This document shows positions 57,110 through 64,000 of a stretch of DNA of 64,000 bases, piece by piece. The stretch lies in the NCBI GenBank assembly GCA_023461435.1, contig JAEYLC010000007.1:1127-65126 (forward strand). The letters run 5' to 3'. The DNA is from Bacillota bacterium. GTDB taxonomy: Bacteria > Bacillota > Clostridia > Christensenellales > SZUA-584. Under the pieces are notes generated by a model. It had not been told where the DNA came from. It did not search any database and saw only the letters and a program-made list of their open reading frames with translations. Each line of letters starts with the position of its first letter. The stretch's first letter is position 1. The position numbers were made by a program, and so were the translations under genes.

Positions 57110-57299
57110 ACCTAATCCCTTCCACCTAATATTGCATTACTTCTATTTGATTGCATATATATTATCTATTATATCAAGTTTGGCAGTAATAACAATTTTA
57201 TTCTTTTTCATTAGAAACTCTGATTAGGTCAAAGCCTTTATTGTTAAATTTATATGTAAGTTAATTCTATTGGCTTCTAACTGACTAAGTTTTGTATAT

Positions 57300-59489
57300 C
57301 TAGCTTTCCCTTCTCAGCTTCGCTCTGAAGCTGATGCTCCTTTGTGTCCCGAGCTCGTCAAACTGTATAATGTACGCCGACTTCACCTGATCGATATCCA
57401 CGATTTCGCCCGCGCCCATCACGCTGTGCACCACGCGGTCGCCAATGCGGAAGGCTTCTCTTTCCGCTGCCGATTCGAGGCTTCTTTCGCTGCTGCCAAT
57501 GTGCCAGCTTGATTCGGACACGAGGCTCTCGCTCAATTCTTCGGTGTAATCAATAAGGCCCTTGTCCACATTGAATATGAAGCGCGACGGATATCGGAAC
57601 GAGCCGTCAAGGTTACGCCCTTCGGCGTCCGTGAGAAAGAGCGAAACTTGAGCCCGCGTGAACGCGACAAAAGCGAGCCTCCGCTCCTCCTCCATGCCTT
57701 GGGGCGTGGCGGTCTTTTTAGACGGGAACAGACCTTCCGAGAGCCCGCATATAAACACGTGCGGAAACTCAAGGCCCTTGGCCGTGTGCACGGTCATCAG
57801 CTTCACCGCGTTTTTGACGGACGCCGCGTCCGTATTGGTCAGCATCGCCACATGCTTCAAGTAATGCTCGAGCGTCACTTCCTCGCCGCATGAGGTCTCA
57901 TATTCATACACCGACTGCTTGAGCTCCGCGAGGTTGTCGAGCCGTTCCTGACTGCCCTCGGTGCGCAGCAGCTCCTCATAGCCGCTCTGGTCGAGCACGG
58001 CGCTCAGCAGCTCGGAAACGGGGCTGTCCTGATAGAGCGACGAAAATTTCTCGATCAACGCCAAAAACCTCTTGGCCTTCGTGTTTTTGAATATCTCGTC
58101 GTCCACCGTCCGCTCGAGCGCGCTGTACAGCGAGCACTGATGCTGTGCCGCGTAGTCCTGCAGAAAACGCATACGCCGCTCGCCGATGTTGCGCTTCGGC
58201 GCGTTCGCAATGCGGATGAACGACAGATCATCCCTGAACGCGATGAGCCTTAAATACGACAGCGCATCCTTGATCTCCATGCGGGAAAAGAACTGCACGC
58301 CGCTGTAAATGGTGTACGGAATCTCCCGCTTTAAAAAAACCTCTTCGAGAGAGCGCGATACAAAGTGTGCGCGGTACAGTATCGTGATGTCACTGAGCTT
58401 TACACCGCCATACAAAAGCTCTTCAGTCTTGTCGGCGATCCACGCGGCTTCGGCTTCCGCCGTTTTCGCGTGGTGATAGACCACGGGCGCGCCGTCCGGC
58501 AAACACGCAATCAGGTTCTTTTTCACGCGCGTCTTGTTTTTATCGATCAGCGAGTTGGCCGCGGCGAGTATCTGCGGCGTGGAACGGTAGTTTTGCATCA
58601 TCATGATGGTGCGCACGTCCGGGAACGCCATGTCAAAGTCGAGTATATATTTGACGCTCGCGCCGCGCCACGTGTAGATCGTCTGGTCCGGATCTCCCAC
58701 GATGAAGAGGTTCTTATGATAATCGCAGAGCACCTTCATCAGCGTATACTGCAGCTCGTCGATATCCTGAAACTCGTCGATCATGATGTATTCGAGCCGC
58801 TGCTGCCATTTGAGGCGGATATCCTCGTTGATATTGAAAATGTGCAGCGTGTATTTGATGAGGTCGTTGTAATCAAGCCCGAAGCATTTTTTCTGCTGGT
58901 ACAGATAGCCCCAGAATATGATATCGTCCGTTTCCGCCGCGTTGAGATATTTTTGATGCAGATCATCGAGCGGCATCGCGATCATATGCGCGTAGTAGTT
59001 CGGCTCTTTATCGAGCTTGCGTATCTCGATCATGTCGCGCGCGTCTGAAAACGTCATATGGCGCAACGTGAGACCGCGCTCCTCGTAAATGATCTTAAGC
59101 ATCGAATCGATATCGGCGTTGTCGAGCACGAGAAAGCTCTTGGGATACTGCACGGCGAAGCTCTCCTCCTGCAGCACCGAGACGCAGAAGCTGTGAAACG
59201 TGCTGATATAGCCTGTGTCGTTGTCGCTCGTGAGACGGCGGATGCGCTGACGCATCTCGTTCGCCGATTTGTTCGTGAACGTAACGCAAAGTATGTGGGA
59301 CGGCATGATGCCGATCTCATTTACAAGATAAGCGAACCGGTGAGACAGCGCGCGTGTTTTGCCGGAGCCTGCGCCCGCGATCACGCGGATGAAGCCTTCG
59401 GTCGCCGTCACGGCCTCCCGCTGCTGTTCGTTCAATCCCCCGAGAATGCTGTCCACCTTTGTCACCGCCTTATCTATCGTTTTTCTCAT
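57300..59489 (-). CDS. UvrD/PcrA-type ATP-dependent DNA helicase
   Basis: GAGSGKTR, IDEFQDID, VGDPDQTIY and TVHTAKGLEF. C-terminal Tudor-like GDRVVHSVMGAGEIV. ATG 59489 is preferred over 59531. Confidence 0.9.
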   Translation of the reverse strand: MRKTIDKAVTKVDSILGGLNEQQREAVTATEGFIRVIAGAGSGKTRALSHRFAYLVNEIGIMPSHILCVTFTNKSANEMRQRIRRLTSDNDTGYISTFHSFCVSVLQEESFAVQYPKSFLVLDNADIDSMLKIIYEERGLTLRHMTFSDARDMIEIRKLDKEPNYYAHMIAMPLDDLHQKYLNAAETDDIIFWGYLYQQKKCFGLDYNDLIKYTLHIFNINEDIRLKWQQRLEYIMIDEFQDIDELQYTLMKVLCDYHKNLFIVGDPDQTIYTWRGASVKYILDFDMAFPDVRTIMMMQNYRSTPQILAAANSLIDKNKTRVKKNLIACLPDGAPVVYHHAKTAEAEAAWIADKTEELLYGGVKLSDITILYRAHFVSRSLEEVFLKREIPYTIYSGVQFFSRMEIKDALSYLRLIAFRDDLSFIRIANAPKRNIGERRMRFLQDYAAQHQCSLYSALERTVDDEIFKNTKAKRFLALIEKFSSLYQDSPVSELLSAVLDQSGYEELLRTEGSQERLDNLAELKQSVYEYETSCGEEVTLEHYLKHVAMLTNTDAASVKNAVKLMTVHTAKGLEFPHVFICGLSEGLFPSKKTATPQGMEEERRLAFVAFTRAQVSLFLTDAEGRNLDGSFRYPSRFIFNVDKGLIDYTEELSESLVSESSWHIGSSERSLESAAEREAFRIGDRVVHSVMGAGEIVDIDQVKSAYIIQFDELGTQRSISFRAKLRRES

Positions 59490-59609
59490 TTTACCATAAC
59501 GTGTCCTTACACGATACCGCCCCATGGCCACACAGACATTGCCATTGTCAATGTATCAAAAAACGCGTACAAAAAAAGGGACAGCTCTTTTTAGCTATCC
59601 CTATTCGTT

Positions 59610-61253
59610 TCAGTCGTTCCGCCCGGCCTTGCTGAAATGCTTCTGTCCGCCAGAAAGATTGTAGACGTTCTTAAACCCGCTGTTGATCAGTATGTTCTGG
59701 GCCGCGTTACCGGTCACGCCCTTGTTGCAGTAGGTCACGGTCACCGTGTCTTTGTCCAATGCGTCGACACTGTCTCTGAGCTCCGCGTGCGGAATATTCC
59801 TCGCGGTCTCGATATGGTTCTTTTGGTACTGCATCGCCGCTCTCGCGTCGATCAGCGTCACCTTTTCGCCCGACCGCATCATTTCTTTCAAGCCCTGCGC
59901 CGTAATCAGCGGCCTGCCCCTGTGTATCGCGTTGTCGAGTATCATGCCGGTATACATCACAGGGTCTTTTGTCGTCGAAAACGGCGGCGCGTAAGCGAGA
60001 TCCAGATGAAAAAGGTCTTCCACGTTCGCTTTAAACGAGATCGCCGTCACAAACACATCGATCCTCTTATCCACACCGTCATAGCCCACGATCTGAACGC
60101 CGAGCAGCCTTCCCGTGGTCTTATCGGCGATGCCTTTGATCACCATCTCCTTGCCGTGCATGTATTCGGGCCGACTCGGCTTGATGTTGTGGCATACCGC
60201 CGTCTCAAACCCGAGTTCATGCGCTTCACGCTCCGAGAGTCCGGTCTGCGCCACCGTCAGCTCGAATATTCTGAAAATGCCGGTACCCAAAATCCCTCTG
60301 AACTCAAGATCCCCTCCCGTCACGCTATCTCCCGCGATCCGGCCGGTTTTGTTGGCTGTGGAGCCCAGCGGCCGGTAAACGGGCCGCCCCGTCACCACGT
60401 CAAAGTGCTCGATGCAGTCGCCGCAGGCATAGATATCCGGCAGGCTTGTCCGCATTTTCGTATCCACGCGGATGGCGCCCGCGGTTCCAAGCTCAATACC
60501 CGCGCGTGCCGCGAGCTGGGAATTCGGCCGGATACCCGCGGACATCAGCACCAATTCCGCGCTGATCTCCCGCCCGTCCGATAGCTGCACGCCGTCCTTT
60601 GTGATCTCAGTGACGGTGACTCCGGTCAGGACATCCACCCCATGCTCCTCGATATGCGCTTTGACATAAACGGCCATATCACTGTCGAGCCCGGGCGTCA
60701 CATGCGGCAGCTTTTCGAGCAGCGTGATGCTGATTCCGAGCTTTTTTAAGTTTTCACACATTTCGAGCCCGATAAAACCCGTACCGATGATGGCGGCGGT
60801 TTGGGGATGATGGTCATCGATGAACGCCTTGATCCGGTTCATATCGCCGATGCTGCGCAGCGTGAACACATGAGGCAGCTGCGCGCCTTCAATCGGCGGA
60901 ACCACGGCGGAGGCGCCGGTTGCAATGACCAGCTTGTCGTAACGGTCAGAAAATGTCTCGCCCGTTTCAAGATTCTTCACATCGATCGTTTTCTCGTCCG
61001 GATGGATGGCAAGCACCTCATGCCTGACAAGCACGTCCACATTGTATTTCGCCTTAAAAAACGCGGGATCGCGCGGCGTCAGCTCGTCCGCGCTTTCCAC
61101 CTCGCCGCCAATGTAATACGGCATGCCGCAGCCGGAATATGAAATCTCGCTGTCTTTTTCATAGACGACGATCTCGGATTCCTCGCTGTTCCGGCGCGCC
61201 TTTGCCGCGGCGGACGTGCCCGCCGCCACTGCGCCGATAATCAAGAGCCTCAT
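59610..61253 (-). CDS. CoA-disulfide reductase-type FAD oxidoreductase fused to a C-terminal rhodanese domain
   Basis: IIGAVAAGTSAA dinucleotide fold, redox Cys in SYSGCGMPYY, C-terminal rhodanese loop YCNKGVTGN. ATG 61253 follows AAGGAG. Confidence 0.85.
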   Translation of the reverse strand: MRLLIIGAVAAGTSAAAKARRNSEESEIVVYEKDSEISYSGCGMPYYIGGEVESADELTPRDPAFFKAKYNVDVLVRHEVLAIHPDEKTIDVKNLETGETFSDRYDKLVIATGASAVVPPIEGAQLPHVFTLRSIGDMNRIKAFIDDHHPQTAAIIGTGFIGLEMCENLKKLGISITLLEKLPHVTPGLDSDMAVYVKAHIEEHGVDVLTGVTVTEITKDGVQLSDGREISAELVLMSAGIRPNSQLAARAGIELGTAGAIRVDTKMRTSLPDIYACGDCIEHFDVVTGRPVYRPLGSTANKTGRIAGDSVTGGDLEFRGILGTGIFRIFELTVAQTGLSEREAHELGFETAVCHNIKPSRPEYMHGKEMVIKGIADKTTGRLLGVQIVGYDGVDKRIDVFVTAISFKANVEDLFHLDLAYAPPFSTTKDPVMYTGMILDNAIHRGRPLITAQGLKEMMRSGEKVTLIDARAAMQYQKNHIETARNIPHAELRDSVDALDKDTVTVTYCNKGVTGNAAQNILINSGFKNVYNLSGGQKHFSKAGRND

Positions 61254-61296
61254 AATAAACTCCTTTCGCATCAAGCATCCTGATCTGTTCCGGAAT

Positions 61297-61536
61297 CTAT
61301 AATTCGCCCAAAATGATCTGCTTGATTTCCTTCAGCTTCGGGACCCTGCCCATCACCTTCACCTTGCCGTTCACCATCAACGCCGGCGTACTCATGATGC
61401 CCGCCTGCATGATCTCAGCCATATCCGTAACATAGAGGATATCCGCTTCAATACTCATCTCTTTCACGGCATCCCTCACAGTCTCATGCAGCTTCTTGCA
61501 GGACGCGCAGCCGCCGCCCAGCACTTTGATTTCCAT
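61297..61536 (-). CDS. small thioredoxin-fold protein (redox-active disulfide protein 2 type)
   Basis: 79 aa, with GGGCASCKKL (CxxC) near the N-terminus. Confidence 0.8.
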   Translation of the reverse strand: MEIKVLGGGCASCKKLHETVRDAVKEMSIEADILYVTDMAEIMQAGIMSTPALMVNGKVKVMGRVPKLKEIKQIILGEL

Positions 61537-61562
61537 GTCTTTATCTCCTTTCGCGAATCTGC

Positions 61563-62579
61563 TTATACCAGTAAAAACCCGACCGCATTGAATACATAGC
61601 CGATGATCAGTATGCCCGCCACCACGATACCCGCAAATACCAGCAGCAGCTTCGTCTTCACAACTTTTTTCAGCAGTATCATGGAAGGCAGCGAGAGCGC
61701 GGTGACGGCCATCATGAACGACAGCACCGTGCCGATCCCCACGCCTTTCAATACAAGCGCCTCGGCAATGGGCAACGTGCCGAAAATATCCGCGTACATC
61801 GGCACGCCGACAACTGTGGCAATCGCGACCGAAAACGGATTTCCGCTGCCCAGCAAGGCAAGTATGATGTCCTGCGGTATCCAGTTATGGATGACCGCGC
61901 CGATCCCAACGCCGATCAGTATATACAGCCACACCTTTTTGATGATGAATGTCACCTGATCACGGCCGAATCTGAGCCGATCGCGCCTTGTCATTTCGGG
62001 TGCGTCAATCTGAGCCGCCTGATTTTGATAAACAAACGGCTCCACATATTTCTCGAGCTTCATACGGCTGATCAGCGTGCCGCCGGTGACGGCAAGAATG
62101 ATGCCCACCACCACATACGCGATCGCGATCTTCCAGTTGAATATGCTCGCCAGCAGCAGCAGGGACGCAAGGTCCACCAGCGGTGACGATATCAAAAACG
62201 AAAACGTGACGCCGACCGGCAGCCCCGCGCTCGTGAAGCCGATGAACAGCGGAATTGACGAGCACGAACAAAACGGTGTGACGGTGCCTAATAGCGCGCC
62301 CAGCGTGTTGGCGCCGATGCCGCGAAAGCGCCCGAGTATTTTGCGCGTGCGCTCGGGCGGAAAATGGCTTTGGATATACGAGATCACGAAGATCAGCACC
62401 GACAGCAATATGAATATCTTTATTGTATCATAAAGAAAGAAGTGGAGGCTTCCGCCCGCTCGCTCAGTGACGTCGAGTCCGAACACATCTTGAACGAGCC
62501 ATTTTATGATATCGCTGAGCCATTGCATTTTTAGCAGCTGGTTATTGAGCCATTCAAACACCGTTATATCCCCCATCAA
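61563..62579 (-). CDS. DUF318/UPF0718-type permease (ArsP-like)
   Basis: ~8-10 hydrophobic segments with the TPFCSCSSIPLF cysteine motif typical of this family. Confidence 0.78.
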   Translation of the reverse strand: MMGDITVFEWLNNQLLKMQWLSDIIKWLVQDVFGLDVTERAGGSLHFFLYDTIKIFILLSVLIFVISYIQSHFPPERTRKILGRFRGIGANTLGALLGTVTPFCSCSSIPLFIGFTSAGLPVGVTFSFLISSPLVDLASLLLLASIFNWKIAIAYVVVGIILAVTGGTLISRMKLEKYVEPFVYQNQAAQIDAPEMTRRDRLRFGRDQVTFIIKKVWLYILIGVGIGAVIHNWIPQDIILALLGSGNPFSVAIATVVGVPMYADIFGTLPIAEALVLKGVGIGTVLSFMMAVTALSLPSMILLKKVVKTKLLLVFAGIVVAGILIIGYVFNAVGFLLV

Positions 62580-62594
62580 ACGAAAAATAAGATT

Positions 62595-63659
62595 TTATTG
62601 CGCAGCTGGGAACCAATGGCGGGTCCTGTTCGCGATTCTGACCAGGGTCAGCATCACAGGCACCTCTACAAGCACACCCACAATCGTGGCCAGCGCCGCC
62701 GGAGACTGCAGCCCAAATACTGAGATCGCCACCGCCACAGCCAGCTCGAAGAAATTGCTCGCTCCGATCATGGCAGCGGGCGACGCGACGTTATGCGGCA
62801 GCTTCCATGCCTTTGACCATAAGTAGGCAATGATGAATATCAAAAAAGTCTGAATCGTCAGCGGTATCGCGATCAGTATGATGTCCACAGGCTGCTCGAC
62901 GATCGTCCGGCCCTGAAAAGAGAAGATGATCACAAGCGTGAGCAGCAAACCGATAACCGTGATATTGTTGAATTTAGGTATGAATACCTCCTCGAGGTAC
63001 TCCTTGCCCTTGTTTTTGGTCAAGAGGCTTCTTGTCAGCCAGCCCGCTGCCAAAGGGATCACCACAAACAGCCCGACCGACAAGAACAGCGTTGCCCACG
63101 GAACGCCGACACCCTGAACGCTGATTCCTCCGAACATGAACAGCAGGCCAACAACCGGGGCAAACACAGGAAGTATAATCAGGTCGTTTGTGGCCACCTG
63201 CACCAGCGTATGGGCCGGATTCCCTTTGGTCAAATGGCTCCAAACAAACACCATCGCCGTGCAGGGCGCCGCCCCGAGCAGTATAGCCCCGGCCAGATAA
63301 GCCTTTGCCGTTTCTTCGGGAATCACCGCTTTATAGATGACAAAGAAAAACAAATAGGCAAGACCAAACATTGTGAACGGCTTAATCGCCCAGTTCGTGA
63401 TCCATGTCACCACCAGGCCTTTGGGATTGCGCCCCACGTTTTTGATGCTCGCAAAGTCCACCTTGAGCATCATCGGATAGATCATGAGCCAAATCAATAT
63501 CGCGACGGGAATGGAGACATTGTAGTATTCAAACTGCCCTAAAAAGCTTGGAACGCCGGGCAGCCACAGCCCAATCACGATGCCAAGACCCATGCAGAGT
63601 ATCACCCAGAGGCTTAAATATTTTTCAAAAAAACCGATACCTTTGTTCTCGCTCATCAT
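62595..63659 (-). CDS. acr3: ACR3-family arsenite efflux transporter
   Basis: FFEKYLSLWVILCMGLGIVIG N-terminus and GAAPCTAMVFVWS motif. Lies directly downstream of arsR. Confidence 0.9.
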   Translation of the reverse strand: MMSENKGIGFFEKYLSLWVILCMGLGIVIGLWLPGVPSFLGQFEYYNVSIPVAILIWLMIYPMMLKVDFASIKNVGRNPKGLVVTWITNWAIKPFTMFGLAYLFFFVIYKAVIPEETAKAYLAGAILLGAAPCTAMVFVWSHLTKGNPAHTLVQVATNDLIILPVFAPVVGLLFMFGGISVQGVGVPWATLFLSVGLFVVIPLAAGWLTRSLLTKNKGKEYLEEVFIPKFNNITVIGLLLTLVIIFSFQGRTIVEQPVDIILIAIPLTIQTFLIFIIAYLWSKAWKLPHNVASPAAMIGASNFFELAVAVAISVFGLQSPAALATIVGVLVEVPVMLTLVRIANRTRHWFPAAQ

Positions 63660-63673
63660 ATTTGCTCCTTTTT

Positions 63674-63991
63674 TTATTCGTTATTGCCGCAGCGCTTGCA
63701 AACGCAGTCTTCCTTATCATTCAGCAGACGTGTTAAGAAGCACAGCAGTGCATCTTCCCGCTCTTTGTTTAAGCTGTAATGCATCCACGCGCCGTCGCGC
63801 CGTGCGTTTACGATACCGCATTCGGTCAGTATTTTCATATGATACGAAAGCGTTGGCTGCGTGATGCTGAACGACTCAAGTATTTTGCAGGCGCACATCT
63901 CCCCGCAGGACAGCATATCCGCAATTTTAAGCCGCGTTTCGTCCGACAGGGCTTTGAGCACCGGCACATATTCCGCATAATCATACGACAT
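63674..63991 (-). CDS. arsR: ArsR-family arsenic-responsive repressor
   Basis: LKALSDETRLKIADMLSCGEMCACKILE (metalloid-binding Cys cluster) followed by the wHTH ITQPTLSYHMKIL. Confidence 0.85.
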   Translation of the reverse strand: MSYDYAEYVPVLKALSDETRLKIADMLSCGEMCACKILESFSITQPTLSYHMKILTECGIVNARRDGAWMHYSLNKEREDALLCFLTRLLNDKEDCVCKRCGNNE

Positions 63992-64000
63992 ATATGGTTT

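Noticed and set aside
57300-59489. The UvrD/PcrA-type helicase as a third component of the Cx3Cx3C/TcmP cassette.
   Set aside because: Its composition matches the GC-rich backbone rather than the island. A 190-nt promoter-containing gap separates it from the cassette. It has the complete housekeeping PcrA-like layout, including the Tudor-like C-terminus. A functional link cannot be excluded, but the sequence does not support co-acquisition.
59610-59900. The rhodanese domain of the CoADR fusion acting as an Acr2/Cdc25-type arsenate reductase, replacing the missing ArsC.
   Set aside because: The active-site loop reads CNKGVTG, which is not the CX5R signature required for Acr2-type arsenate reduction.
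1-64000. CRISPR arrays, IS elements, integrons, prophage modules and rRNA genes.
   Set aside because: Reading through all intergenic regions, I saw no array of regularly spaced direct repeats, no transposase/integrase/recombinase-like ORF, and no terminal inverted repeats.

Overview
The window looks like a chromosomal segment of a GC-rich Gram-positive anaerobe (Clostridia-like). The evidence is AGGAGG-type ribosome-binding sites, hairpin plus T-run terminators, and genes typical of that group: EFR1 ferredoxin, a C_GCAxxG_C_C protein, NfeD/flotillin, LysM and CapA proteins. About 60 genes are dense on both strands and most are housekeeping or metabolic. They include pyruvate kinase (cut by the window edge), an aminotransferase, TrpB2, metE behind a cobalamin riboswitch, a short AlaRS, aspartate kinase, putP, tRNA-Pro(GGG), a kdgK/eda plus sugar ABC plus aldehyde dehydrogenase locus, a PcrA/UvrD-type helicase and an arsR-acr3 cluster. 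I found no integrase, transposase, CRISPR array or prophage genes. Three segments are visibly AT-rich against this backbone. Single 60-nt spot counts give 16-20 G+C in the islands versus 32-38 outside. (1) About 2.6-8.3 kb holds a Bce-like two-component/ABC module whose permease lacks the usual extracellular domain, plus a VanY-like peptidase. (2) About 24.24-26.74 kb is a divergent pair, an XRE-HTH 347-aa protein and a 303-aa orphan, wedged between the metE and alaS promoters. (3) About 55.03-57.30 kb is a translationally coupled pair: a Cx3Cx3C radical-SAM-like protein and a methyltransferase-fold partner that I recognise as the uncharacterised three-Cys-motif/TcmP pair. Island 3 is my best candidate for an undescribed system and island 2 is second. 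All family assignments rest on motifs read by eye and on recalled family knowledge. No searches were run.
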